Below are positions 1-9,424 of a stretch of DNA of 64,000 bases, in pieces; positions within the stretch are counted from its first letter, which is position 1; every line of letters starts with the position of its first letter. The notes below the pieces were generated by a model that worked only from the letters and a program-made list of their open reading frames with translations, made no database searches and had not been told where the DNA came from. This DNA is from Gemmatimonas sp. (GTDB taxonomy: Bacteria > Gemmatimonadota > Gemmatimonadetes > Gemmatimonadales > Gemmatimonadaceae): NCBI GenBank assembly GCA_031414535.1, contig JANNVQ010000014.1:293961-357960 (forward strand), given 5' to 3'. The translations under genes and the position numbers were made by a program.

Positions 1-1
1 C

Positions 2-97
2 CTACACGGCGTCCAAGTGGGCGCCATCAATATTGTGGCGGACAGACCGTGGCCGTTGAAGGCGCTGCCAATCTTGAACGTGGGCGTGAATAGGTAA
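2..97 (+). CDS. 3' end of a gene truncated by the window edge (..LHGVQVGAINIVADRPWPLKALPILNVGVNR*), GxQxGxxN-repeat protein-like
   Basis: Open frame 2 ending at TAA 95-97; GVQVGAIN and PILN motifs. Confidence 0.5.
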   Translation, partial: LHGVQVGAINIVADRPWPLKALPILNVGVNR

Positions 98-99
98 CG

Positions 100-198
100 G
101 GACGGATGACGGATGACGGATGACGTAAGCTGAACGGCGGCGTGGACTTAAAGTCCACGCCGCCGTTTCAGTTAGCATCCGTCATCCGTCTTCCGTCC
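100..198. repeat. Palindromic REP/MITE-like element, family A (GACGGAT heptads)
   Basis: GGACGGATGACGGATGACGGATG ... CATCCGTCATCCGTCTTCCGTCC enclosing the hairpin AACGGCGGCGTGGACTT/AAGTCCACGCCGCCGTT. Confidence 0.9.
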
Positions 199-255
199 AA
201 CATCCAGCACGCCCAATTCGTACATTCAGATAAACCCGGCTAAACGGAGCCCCAA

Positions 256-1251
256 GTGCGCCCCTCCCTCCTCGCGCTCGCCTTAACTCTGCTCGCGGCG
301 GCGCCGCTTCGCGCCCAACTCATCCCCTCCCAAGAATGGCCCATCGAGTGGGGCGGGCGTCCTCGCGATCCATACGTCGCGCCAGATGGCAACGTCTACT
401 TCGCAGGCCAGGCCGGTAATTACGTCGGCCGCCTCGATCCGCGCAGCGGCCGGACGCGTCGCTACGAACTGCCGCCCAACACCAATCCACACACCGTGGT
501 CGTGGGGCCCGATGCGATGGTCTGGATTGCTGGCAATCGCAACGCCACCATCGGCCGCCTGAATCCCGCCACCGGCGACATCCGCTGGTACCCGATGACG
601 GATTCCACGGTGCGCGATCCGCACACGATGATCTTTGATCGTGATGGCAATCTCTGGTTCACTGCGCAGAACTCGAATGCCGTGGGCCATATGAACGTGC
701 AGACCGGTGCGATTCGCTACGTGAAGACCGCCGAGAACTCGCGGCCGTATGGAATTGAGCTCAACTCCCGTGGCGAGGTGTGGTTCAATTTGTTCGGCAC
801 CAACAAGCTTGGCCGCATCAATCCGCGCACGTACGCACTCACCACCTACGATCTCCCGCACGATCGCGCGCGTGGCCGTCGCATCGCCATCACGCCCGAC
901 GATGTGGTCTGGTACACGGACTACACCCGCGGCATGCTCGGCCGCCTCGACCCCACCAACGGCCGCGTCACCGAGATGCCGCTGCCTGGCGGCCCCGCGT
1001 CACTCCCCTACGGAATGGCCCGCGATGCACAGGGCCGAGTGTGGGTGACCGAGTCCGGCCCTAAGGGCGCGATTCTGCAGGGCTATGACCCCAGCACCGG
1101 CCGCTTTTTCGGCCGCACGCTGATTGGCAAGGAAGAGAACAACACCATCCGCCACATGTACTTCGATCCGAAGACGGGACTGCTTTGGTTCGGAACGGAC
1201 GCCGGCACTATCGGACGGGCCGAAGTCTCGCGCGCGCGAACAGCGATGTGA
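256..1251 (+). CDS. Secreted Vgb (virginiamycin B lyase)-family beta-propeller protein
   Basis: Signal peptide; repeated P-x-x-I-x-x-x-x-DG-x-VW and IGRLDP blade motifs. Confidence 0.8.
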   Translation: MRPSLLALALTLLAAAPLRAQLIPSQEWPIEWGGRPRDPYVAPDGNVYFAGQAGNYVGRLDPRSGRTRRYELPPNTNPHTVVVGPDAMVWIAGNRNATIGRLNPATGDIRWYPMTDSTVRDPHTMIFDRDGNLWFTAQNSNAVGHMNVQTGAIRYVKTAENSRPYGIELNSRGEVWFNLFGTNKLGRINPRTYALTTYDLPHDRARGRRIAITPDDVVWYTDYTRGMLGRLDPTNGRVTEMPLPGGPASLPYGMARDAQGRVWVTESGPKGAILQGYDPSTGRFFGRTLIGKEENNTIRHMYFDPKTGLLWFGTDAGTIGRAEVSRARTAM

Positions 1252-1254
1252 ACG

Positions 1255-1346
1255 GGACGGAAGACGGATGACGGATGCTAACTGCAACGGCGGCGCGGAC
1301 CTCAAGTCCACGCCGCCGTTCCGCTTCCGTCATCCGTCATCCGTCC
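1255..1346. repeat. Family A palindromic element, inverted relative to 100-198
   Basis: GGACGGAAGACGGATGACGGATGCTAACTG...AAGTCCACGCCGCCGTT...CCGTCATCCGTCATCCGTCC; lies between convergent genes. Confidence 0.9.
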
Positions 1347-1351
1347 AGTAT

Positions 1352-1906
1352 TCAAACCCACCGCCACCCAAAGACTCCACCGACAACTAGTGAATAGGCT
1401 AACGCATCCACCAGCTGCAACCCATAGCTCGACCACGGCTTACCAAACCAGATGGAATCCGGTACGCTCGCCATCGCGTGAGCCATGAACGCCACCGTCC
1501 CCGTCACCCGAAACACCGTCAGATACTCGGCGCCCGCCGCGAGCGTGTGCGAGGCTATATACGCGATGAACACCGAGACAACGACGTTATAGAGCACGCT
1601 CAGGGCCATCATCTTGCCCATGCTCGGCATGCCAGTCGGCAGCACGGTGATGAACGCGATGGGGCCTTTGGCCATTTTTTCGTTGAGCCCGGGAGACTTT
1701 GCGCCCTCAGCGCCAGCGTGGGGGACTGAGTAGAGGCCCGCTCCGGAGATGCCCGCACGCAGCGCATCGGCCACCGCGTCTTCGTTGGGAAGCTTGTGCC
1801 ACTGACGATTGTGAAACGGTAACGCCGCCCAGCTGATGGCGGAGATTACCCAACAAGCCAGCGCGGAAATCAGGATTGGGACCCACAGATCTACGACGAA
1901 CTGCAT
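1352..1906 (-). CDS. Hypothetical integral membrane protein (about 4 TM)
   Basis: 184-aa ORF with hydrophobic segments. Confidence 0.75.
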   Translation of the reverse strand: MQFVVDLWVPILISALACWVISAISWAALPFHNRQWHKLPNEDAVADALRAGISGAGLYSVPHAGAEGAKSPGLNEKMAKGPIAFITVLPTGMPSMGKMMALSVLYNVVVSVFIAYIASHTLAAGAEYLTVFRVTGTVAFMAHAMASVPDSIWFGKPWSSYGLQLVDALAYSLVVGGVFGWRWV

Positions 1907-1998
1907 GTTGCCCCCGGGAGGAAGGACGCGGCCCCTGAATGGGACCTCGTGACACTACAGTCTGGCCCGAAGGCCTTCCGCGCAATATCCTGCTTGCC

Positions 1999-3174
1999 AT
2001 GCAGTTCACCATCAAGAACGAAACCGAGGCCCTGAGTCGCGCCATCCGTGTCTCTCAGGCGGTCAATCGCGTACGCCAACTTCCCACGGTGTTTCTCGCG
2101 AGCCCGCTGCTCGCGATCTTCATCGCATTGGCGTACTGGGAGCGGGCCGATCACGACTGGCTGATCATATTCGTGGCGATGATGGTTGTGCTCTGGACTC
2201 CGGCCGCGCTCAGTTGGCGGAGGCTCCGCACCCTGCCCAGGCCTACCGACGTCTCGCCGAGCAACGAGACGCGGGCGCTCGCGCTTTCGGTGATTGCGGG
2301 CTTCCTCTGGGCCATCGCCGCTTGGTGGCTGTATCCCACCGGCGGCGCGGAAGAGAAGGCGATGCTGGTGATGATGATGTCCGGGCTCTGCGCCGGCTCG
2401 GTGGCCTTTTTTTCCTCCAGTCCCACGGCCAGCATCGCGTTCTTTCTGCCATTTATGAGCGCGCTGATGGTGCAGGTCTTGCGTTACGACACGGCCGCGC
2501 AGCCCGTACTCCCGGCCGCCGTAGGCGTGTTCATCCTTTGTGCCCTGCTCTTCACGCGCACCAGTTGGCATCAGTTCGTGGAGAACGTGCGGGTCTATGT
2601 GGAACGTGATGAGGCGCTGAAGGCAGCTGGCGCCAACAAGAAGGAGCTCGAGACTACACTCGCGCAGATGCAGGACTTGGCGATGGTGGACCCGCTCACG
2701 GGTCTCAAGAACCGCCGCGCGTTTTTTGATGAGTGTGAGGCCGCCATCGCCGCCAGCCGACGCCGCGAGCAGCCCATTGCCGTCGCCGTGCTCGACCTCG
2801 ACCACTTCAAGTTGGTGAACGACACCTATGGCCACGCTGTGGGAGACGTCGTCTTGAGCGAAGCCGCCCGACGCATTGAGGTCGGCACCCGCGAGGAGCA
2901 CATCGTCGGCCGATTCGGTGGCGAGGAGTTCGTGATCCTTCTCCCCTTCACCACACCGCAACAAGCCCTGATTGCGCTTGAGCGCGTGCGAAAGGCCGTG
3001 GGAAGCACCCCGGTCGAAGTCCCCGGCGGCCAACCCATCGCACTCACCATCAGCGGCGGCATCGCCCCGCTGGAGCCAGATATGCGGATTGTGGTGGCGA
3101 TTGATCATGCGGACAAGGCGATGTATCGGGCAAAGGCCCTCGGCCGAGATAGAGTCGAGGTGTTCGGGGTCTAG
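1999..3174 (+). CDS. Membrane-bound diguanylate cyclase (GGDEF domain)
   Basis: N-terminal TM helices; DPLTGLKNRR, DLDHFKLVNDTYGH, RFGGEEF; ATG 1999 preferred over 1939. Confidence 0.9.
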   Translation: MQFTIKNETEALSRAIRVSQAVNRVRQLPTVFLASPLLAIFIALAYWERADHDWLIIFVAMMVVLWTPAALSWRRLRTLPRPTDVSPSNETRALALSVIAGFLWAIAAWWLYPTGGAEEKAMLVMMMSGLCAGSVAFFSSSPTASIAFFLPFMSALMVQVLRYDTAAQPVLPAAVGVFILCALLFTRTSWHQFVENVRVYVERDEALKAAGANKKELETTLAQMQDLAMVDPLTGLKNRRAFFDECEAAIAASRRREQPIAVAVLDLDHFKLVNDTYGHAVGDVVLSEAARRIEVGTREEHIVGRFGGEEFVILLPFTTPQQALIALERVRKAVGSTPVEVPGGQPIALTISGGIAPLEPDMRIVVAIDHADKAMYRAKALGRDRVEVFGV

Positions 3175-3189
3175 GGCGCGCGACTGTCT

Positions 3190-3331
3190 GGACGGAAGAC
3201 GGATGACGGATGCTGGGGCGCCTTGGTGTTGGGAACGGACGGCGCCCCTCAAAGCTTTGTAGAACATAGACTTACGGAATACCGAGCCGTCCCGATGAAT
3301 GTCGTTAGCATCCGTCATCCGTCTTCCGTCC
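3190..3331. repeat. Family A element with an internal paired IHF-like site
   Basis: Inverted arms GGACGGAAGACGGATGACGGATGCT / AGCATCCGTCATCCGTCTTCCGTCC. Confidence 0.9.
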
Positions 3332-3337
3332 GGTAGA

Positions 3338-3362
3338 ATAGCCGACTAACTTTATTGGCTAT
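3338..3362. promoter_or_regulatory. IscR/Rrf2-type operator upstream of sufB
   Basis: ATAGCCGACT-AACTT-TATTGGCTAT resembles the IscR type-1 box ATASYYGACT-N5-AGTCRRSTAT. Confidence 0.65.
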
Positions 3363-3389
3363 CAAGTCCCACCCACGCACAGCGCCCAA

Positions 3390-4823
3390 ATGAGCTCCTC
3401 GATCGAAGCCCTAGTCAACAAAGAGTACGCCTACGGGTTCGTGACTGACGTCGAGTCAGACACGATTCCGGTCGGACTCACTGAAGACACTGTTCGCCAG
3501 ATTTCGGCCAAGAAGGACGAGCCGCAGTGGCTGCTCGATTGGCGCCTGAAGGCCTTCCGTCGTTGGCAGACGATGACCGAGCCGCATTGGCCCAACGTCA
3601 CCTACGAGCCCATCGACTACCAAGCGCAGACCTACTACTCGGCGCCCAAGTCGGTGAAGCCCAAGCAGTCGCTGGATGAAGTTGATCCCGAACTGCTCGA
3701 GACCTACAAGAAGCTCGGCATTTCACTCACCGAGCAGAAGCGCCTCCAGGGCGTGGCCGTGGACGCGATCTTCGATTCCGTGTCTGTTGGCACCACAATG
3801 AAGCACGAGCTCGAGAAGGTCGGCGTCATCTTCTGCAGCTTCGGCGAGGCGGTGCACAATCACCCCGAGCTCGTACAGAAGTACCTCGGCTCAGTGGTGC
3901 CCTACTCGGACAATTTCTTCGCCGCTTTGAACTCGGCCGTGTTCTCCGACGGCTCGTTTGTCTACATCCCCAAGGGCGTGAAGTCCCCGCTCGAGCTCTC
4001 CACGTACTTCCGCATCAACGCCGCCAACACCGGCCAGTTTGAGCGCACGCTCATCATCGCCGACGAAGGCGCCTCGGTGAGCTACCTCGAAGGCTGCACG
4101 GCGCCCAAGCGCGACGAGCACCAGCTCCACGCCGCAGTGGTTGAGATCATCGCGCTCGACCGTGCCACGGTGAAGTACTCCACCGTGCAGAACTGGTACG
4201 CCGGCGACAAGGAAGGAAAGGGCGGCATCTACAACTTCGTCACCAAGCGTGGCAAAGCGATGACCGACGCCAAGATCTCGTGGACGCAGGTCGAAACCGG
4301 CTCGGCGATCACCTGGAAGTATCCCAGCGTGATCCTCCAGGGCGACAACTCCGTCGGCGAGTTCTACTCCGTGGCCGTCGTGAACGGCAAGCAGCAGGCC
4401 GACACCGGCACGAAGATGATCCACATCGGCCGCAACACCAAGAGCACCATCATCTCCAAGGGCATCAGCGCTGGCCAGGGCCAGAACTCATACCGTGGCC
4501 AAGTGAAGGTCCTCCCCAAGGCCGAGGGCGCGCGCAATTACACGCAGTGCGACTCCATGCTCATCGGCAACGCCTGCGGCGCGCACACCTTCCCGTACAT
4601 CGAGATCGCCAACAACTCCGCGACCCTCGAACACGAAGCCAGCACCAGCAAGATCGGCGAAGACCAAATCTTCTATTGCAAGGCCCGCGGCCTAAACGCC
4701 GAGCACGCCATCAGCCTGATCGTGGCCGGCTTCTGCAAGGAAGTGTTCAAGGAGCTCCCCATGGAGTTCGCCTTGGAAGCCCAGCAGCTCCTCGGAATTT
4801 CCCTCGAAGGGTCGGTCGGCTAA
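3390..4823 (+). CDS. sufB: Fe-S cluster assembly protein SufB
   Basis: [51 protein letters not shown]. Confidence 0.98.
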   Translation: MSSSIEALVNKEYAYGFVTDVESDTIPVGLTEDTVRQISAKKDEPQWLLDWRLKAFRRWQTMTEPHWPNVTYEPIDYQAQTYYSAPKSVKPKQSLDEVDPELLETYKKLGISLTEQKRLQGVAVDAIFDSVSVGTTMKHELEKVGVIFCSFGEAVHNHPELVQKYLGSVVPYSDNFFAALNSAVFSDGSFVYIPKGVKSPLELSTYFRINAANTGQFERTLIIADEGASVSYLEGCTAPKRDEHQLHAAVVEIIALDRATVKYSTVQNWYAGDKEGKGGIYNFVTKRGKAMTDAKISWTQVETGSAITWKYPSVILQGDNSVGEFYSVAVVNGKQQADTGTKMIHIGRNTKSTIISKGISAGQGQNSYRGQVKVLPKAEGARNYTQCDSMLIGNACGAHTFPYIEIANNSATLEHEASTSKIGEDQIFYCKARGLNAEHAISLIVAGFCKEVFKELPMEFALEAQQLLGISLEGSVG

Positions 4824-4827
4824 CGGC

Positions 4828-4920
4828 AACTGCTTCACCACGGAGACACAGAGGCGCGGAGAAGTTCACCCGCCTTCCAGCAGTCTCCGTGCCTCCGTGT
4901 CTCCGTGGTGAATAGCAGTT
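4828..4920. repeat. Palindromic element, family B (9-bp period CACGGAGA/CACAGAGG)
   Basis: CACCACGGAGACACAGAGGCGCGGAGA ... TCTCCGTGCCTCCGTGTCTCCGTGGTG between sufB and sufC. Confidence 0.85.
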
Positions 4921-4958
4921 CACCAAACTTGTTGAATACACCGAACCATAGAATCGAT

Positions 4959-5711
4959 ATGCTGAAGATTACCGATCTACACGCCGCCGCCGGCGACAAG
5001 GAAATCCTCAAGGGCATCACCCTCGAGATCAAGCCCGGCGAAGTTCACGCGATTATGGGCCCGAACGGCTCTGGTAAGTCCACCCTCGCGCAAGTGATTG
5101 CCGGCCACCCGGGCTACGAAGTCACCAGCGGCTCCATCGAATACCTCGGCCAGGACCTCCTCGAGCTCGACGCCGAAGAGCGCGCGCAGCAGGGCGTGTT
5201 CCTCGCCTTCCAGTATCCCGTGGAGATTCCCGGCGTGACCAACGCCTACTTCCTCCGCGCCGCCTACAACGAGATCCGTAAGGCCCACGGTCAGGAAGAA
5301 GCCGATCCCATCGAGTTCCTCGACATCATGGAAGAGAAGCTCAAACTCGTCGAGATGGATGCCTCGATGATGCAGCGCTCCGTGAACGCCGGCTTCTCCG
5401 GTGGCGAGAAGAAGCGCAACGAGATTCTCCAGATGGCCGTGCTCGCGCCTAAGCTCGCCGTGCTCGACGAGACCGATTCCGGTTTGGACATCGATGCCCT
5501 GCGCATCGTCGCCGAGGGCGTGAACAAGCTCAAGCGTCCTGACAACGCCACCATCGTCGTGACGCACTATCAGCGCCTGCTCAACTACATCGTGCCCGAC
5601 CACGTGCACGTGCTCGCTGGCGGCCGCATCATCAAGTCCGGTGGCAAGGAGCTCGCGCACGAGCTCGAGGCCAAGGGTTACGACTGGCTGCTCGAGCCCG
5701 CAGGAGTCTGA
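4959..5711 (+). CDS. sufC: Fe-S cluster assembly ATPase SufC
   Basis: GPNGSGKST, FSGGEKKRNEILQM, LDETDSGLDIDAL; start at MLKI. Confidence 0.97.
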   Translation: MLKITDLHAAAGDKEILKGITLEIKPGEVHAIMGPNGSGKSTLAQVIAGHPGYEVTSGSIEYLGQDLLELDAEERAQQGVFLAFQYPVEIPGVTNAYFLRAAYNEIRKAHGQEEADPIEFLDIMEEKLKLVEMDASMMQRSVNAGFSGGEKKRNEILQMAVLAPKLAVLDETDSGLDIDALRIVAEGVNKLKRPDNATIVVTHYQRLLNYIVPDHVHVLAGGRIIKSGGKELAHELEAKGYDWLLEPAGV

Positions 5712-5713
5712 GC

Positions 5714-7033
5714 GTGACCTCCCCGCTAGCTCCTTACGTCGAACAGTTTGACGCCTTCTCCGCCAACGGTGGCGGCGAAGGCCCGTCCTGGTTGCCCGCG
5801 CTGCGCAAGAAGGCCATGGAGCGCTTCACCTCCCTCGGCTTCCCCACCACGCGCGACGAAGACTGGCACTTCACCTCCGTCACGCCGATCGCCGAGAAGA
5901 CCTTCAAGGCCATCAAGCCCTCGGCTACCGCGCTCACACTCTCTGACCTCGAGAACTATCTCGTAGACAGCGAGTGGAATCGCCTCGTGTTCGTGAACGG
6001 CAAGATTGAGCCCCAGCTCTCGCAGTTCAGCGGCCTGCCGGCTGACGTGCAGCTCTCGCCGCTCTCCGACGTCCTCAAGGAAGATCCGGAGTGGGTAGAA
6101 AAGCACCTCGGCTCCCTCGCTTCGTTCGACAAGGCCGCCTTCACTGCCATGAACACCGCGTTCATGCAGGATGGCGTGGTGCTCCGCGTGCCCAAGGGCG
6201 AAGTCGTGGATGTGCCCATTCACGTGCTCTACGTGAATGACGCCAACGCCGCCGGCGCCGCACTGCATCCGCGCTTGCTCGTGGTCGCCGAGGCGCTCTC
6301 GCAGGTGATGTTGGTTGAGAGCTTTGTCGGCATCGGCAATGTGTCGTACCTGACCAATGCGGTGGCCGAGGTGGTGGTGGGTAACGGCGCGCGCGTGGAC
6401 CATTACAAGGTGCAGAAGGAGAGCGAGTCGGCTTTCCACGTTGGCACCACGCAGGTGACGCAGGGCCGTGACTGCATCTATCACAGCTTCTCGTATGCCG
6501 CGGGCGCCGAACTCTCGCGCACCAATGTCTATACCAAGCTGGCCGATACTGGCAGCGAGGCCCGTTTGAATGGCCTCTACGTGCTCGATGGCACGCAGCA
6601 CGGTGATCATCAGACCTTTGTTGAGCATCTCGCCGAATCTTGCGCGAGCCGCGAGCTGTACTGCGGCGTGCTCGATGGCAACTCGCACGGCGTGTTCAAC
6701 GGCAAGGTCTATGTGGACCCCATCGCCCAGAAGACCGACGGCAAGCAGACCAACAAGGCGCTGTTGCTCTCTCCGCAGGCGCGCGTGGACACCAAGCCGC
6801 AGCTCGAGATCTTTGCGGACGACGTGAAGTGCACGCACGGCGCGACGATCGGGCGTATGGATGAGATGGCTCTGTTCTACTTGAAGAGCCGTGGCATCGG
6901 TGCGGACAACGCCCGCTCGTTGCTGACGTATGCGTTTGCCGCCGAGGCGCTGGAAACGATTGAGATTGATGCACTGCGGTTGGGCTTGGAGCGCGACGTG
7001 TTTGAGCGCTTCACGCACTCGCAACTGCTCTAG
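5714..7033 (+). CDS. sufD: Fe-S cluster assembly protein SufD
   Basis: FPTTRDEDW, KPQLEIFADDVKCTHGAT; operon position. Confidence 0.96.
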   Translation: MTSPLAPYVEQFDAFSANGGGEGPSWLPALRKKAMERFTSLGFPTTRDEDWHFTSVTPIAEKTFKAIKPSATALTLSDLENYLVDSEWNRLVFVNGKIEPQLSQFSGLPADVQLSPLSDVLKEDPEWVEKHLGSLASFDKAAFTAMNTAFMQDGVVLRVPKGEVVDVPIHVLYVNDANAAGAALHPRLLVVAEALSQVMLVESFVGIGNVSYLTNAVAEVVVGNGARVDHYKVQKESESAFHVGTTQVTQGRDCIYHSFSYAAGAELSRTNVYTKLADTGSEARLNGLYVLDGTQHGDHQTFVEHLAESCASRELYCGVLDGNSHGVFNGKVYVDPIAQKTDGKQTNKALLLSPQARVDTKPQLEIFADDVKCTHGATIGRMDEMALFYLKSRGIGADNARSLLTYAFAAEALETIEIDALRLGLERDVFERFTHSQLL

Positions 7034-7044
7034 AGGACTTAAGC

Positions 7045-7527
7045 GTGGCTGACGCCGCATTGGACGCGCTGTACCAGGAAGTGATCCTCGATCACAACCG
7101 TCGGCCGCGCAACTTTCATCCGATGGAGCACGCCTCGTGCTCGGCGGACGGGAAGAATCCCAATTGCGGCGATCAGCTCACCATCTGGCTCAAGGTGGAT
7201 GACGAGGTCGTCACTGACGTTTCGTTCCAGGGTCAGGGCTGCGCCATCTCCAAGGCCTCGGCGTCTATGATGACGGATGCCATCAAGGGCAAGACGCGTG
7301 CTGATGTGGTGACGCTGTATGAGAAGGTGCACAAGCTCGTGACTGGCGAGGATCTCTCGTTGGCGAAGGACAAGGAGATGGGCTCGCTGCGGGCGCTGGG
7401 CGGTGTTTCGAAGTTTCCGATGCGTGTGAAGTGTGCGTCTTTGAGCTGGCACGCCATGAAGGCCGCGCTCGACGGCACTGCGGTGGTGAGCACCGAAGGC
7501 CCTGAGGATGCGGGGAGCGCTTCGTGA
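7045..7527 (+). CDS. sufU: SufU/NifU-family Fe-S assembly protein
   Basis: LYQEVILDH, NPNCGD, GCAISKASAS, RVKCA. Confidence 0.95.
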   Translation: MADAALDALYQEVILDHNRRPRNFHPMEHASCSADGKNPNCGDQLTIWLKVDDEVVTDVSFQGQGCAISKASASMMTDAIKGKTRADVVTLYEKVHKLVTGEDLSLAKDKEMGSLRALGGVSKFPMRVKCASLSWHAMKAALDGTAVVSTEGPEDAGSAS

Positions 7528-7919
7528 GCGAGTCCGAGACTGGTTCAGCTAATTCCGCGGCGCCTGAGGGCGCCGTTTTGCTCGCTGGTCTTCTCGCCAC
7601 CGATGTTGAGCCGCAGCAGCTGTATCGCGCGACGATGCCCAATGGGACTGCGCTCTGTGTTGGGCGACACGAGGACTCTTTCTTTGCCGTTAAGGATTAC
7701 TGTCCTCATCGGGAGTATCCGCTGAGCGAGGGCACGCTGTATCCGAATGGTGAGATTGAGTGCAGCTGGCACGGGGCGCGTTTCGGTTGTTTGACCGGGA
7801 AGGTTTCGCGCGGGCCCGCCGAGTCTGATTTGTTGAGCTTTGAAGTGCTTGAGGTTTCTGGATCGCTGTATGTACGCCGCGCTTCTGGTGCGGCGACTGT
7901 GACTGGAGGTGGGACGTGA
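7524..7919 (+). CDS. Rieske [2Fe-2S] ferredoxin
   Basis: CPH...CSWHGARF motifs. Confidence 0.9.
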   Translation: MSESETGSANSAAPEGAVLLAGLLATDVEPQQLYRATMPNGTALCVGRHEDSFFAVKDYCPHREYPLSEGTLYPNGEIECSWHGARFGCLTGKVSRGPAESDLLSFEVLEVSGSLYVRRASGAATVTGGGT

Positions 7920-9154
7920 GAGCTTCGACACCTGTGACGCTGGCGCGCCGCGCGGATTTTCCGCTGCTGGCGGCTCAGCCTGAGCTTGTATACCTCGACT
8001 CGGCGGCGACTTCTCAGAAGCCGGCTGTCGTTCTTGATGCGATTCGCAAATACTACGAGACGGTGAATGCCAACCCGCATCGTGGGGCGTATGCGTTGTC
8101 TGCGGCGGCGACTGAGGCGTATCACAATGCTCGCTTGCGCATTGCTCGGTTTATTGGCGTGGCGGATGCTGACACGGTGATCTTCGTGCGAGGGGCGACG
8201 GAGGGGTTTAACCTCGTCTGCTCATCGTGGGGCCGCGCGAATGTTCGCGCGGGTGACAATATCGTCGTGACGCGGATGGAGCATCACGCCAACTTTGTGC
8301 CTTGGCAGCAGTTGTGTCGTGCTGTGGGCGCGGAGTTTCGCATTGTCGAGCTCGATGCTGCGTCTAACGTTGACCTAGCGATGATGCGCAGGCTGGTGGA
8401 TGCGCGCACGAAGGTTGTTGGGTTTGGGCAGGTGTCGAATGCGCTCGGGACTATCAATCCGGTTGCGGAGATGGTTGCGATTGCGCGTGCGCAGGCGCCT
8501 GGTGCGCTTGTGGTGTGCGATGGTGCCCAGGCGGTGCCGCATCTGTCCGTATCTATAGATGCGCTCGGCGTGGACGCGTATGTGTTCAGCGGGCACAAGC
8601 TTGGCGGGCCGATGGGGTCAGGCGTTGTGGTGGTGCGCCGGCCGGTTCTGGAGAAGATGCCGCCGTATCATTTTGGCGGGGATATGATCGAGTGGGTGAA
8701 TGATCAGGATTCCACTTGGAATGTGCTGCCGCATCGGTTTGAGGCTGGGACGCCTAACGTTGAAGCCGCTGTGGGCTTGGCGGCTGCGTGTGACTATCTG
8801 GAGTCACTTGGGATGAATGCGGTGCGTCAGCACGAGTTGTTGCTGACTTCGGCGGCTATGCGGATGCTTGGGGAGATCGAGGGAGTTACCCTGCACGGGA
8901 CTCCGGCCGCTGAAGGTAGATCAGGCGTGGTTTCGTTCTCTGTTGCGGACGTCCATCCGCACGACGTTGCCACAACGCTCGATGCTGCTGGGGTCTGCGT
9001 GCGCGCTGGGCATCACTGTGCGCAGCCGTTGATGCGCGCGATGGGTGTTGCAGCGACGACGCGCGCTAGCTTCTGGGTGTACTCGACACTTGAGGATGTG
9101 ACGAAGCTCGCATCTGCAGTTCGGGCGACGAGCGAGCGATTCGCCGGAGCCTGA
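7916..9154 (+). CDS. sufS: Cysteine desulfurase SufS
   Basis: YLDSAATSQKP, FSGHK, RAGHHCAQPLM. Confidence 0.96.
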   Translation: MRASTPVTLARRADFPLLAAQPELVYLDSAATSQKPAVVLDAIRKYYETVNANPHRGAYALSAAATEAYHNARLRIARFIGVADADTVIFVRGATEGFNLVCSSWGRANVRAGDNIVVTRMEHHANFVPWQQLCRAVGAEFRIVELDAASNVDLAMMRRLVDARTKVVGFGQVSNALGTINPVAEMVAIARAQAPGALVVCDGAQAVPHLSVSIDALGVDAYVFSGHKLGGPMGSGVVVVRRPVLEKMPPYHFGGDMIEWVNDQDSTWNVLPHRFEAGTPNVEAAVGLAAACDYLESLGMNAVRQHELLLTSAAMRMLGEIEGVTLHGTPAAEGRSGVVSFSVADVHPHDVATTLDAAGVCVRAGHHCAQPLMRAMGVAATTRASFWVYSTLEDVTKLASAVRATSERFAGA

Positions 9155-9424
9155 CCCGGGAAACGACGGGATCCGAGCCCGCGACCCCCTGAACCCCATT
9201 AACGGGTCAGCTCGTGGCACCCTGGCACAGTGTTGAGTTTCGCCCGCCCTCGAGATGCAATGCAAATCATTGCACCGACACCAGTTAGCTGGCGTTTTAA
9301 GCTGCTCCAACATCGGTGAAGCACAGTTCTCGGAATTCTTGGGAGACATCGGAAACAAGCGCATTTCCAGTCGGCTGGCACATTCCAGGCACAGTGCGAA
9401 CGCGATCCGCGCCGGCATCATCGA

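Noticed and set aside
1891..3318. 475-aa minus-strand ORF
   Set aside because: Antisense shadow of the GGDEF gene
100..3331. Repeats as a CRISPR array
   Set aside because: Inverted and dispersed, no regular repeat-spacer period, no cas genes
5726..7060. 444-aa minus-strand ORF
   Set aside because: Antisense shadow of sufD
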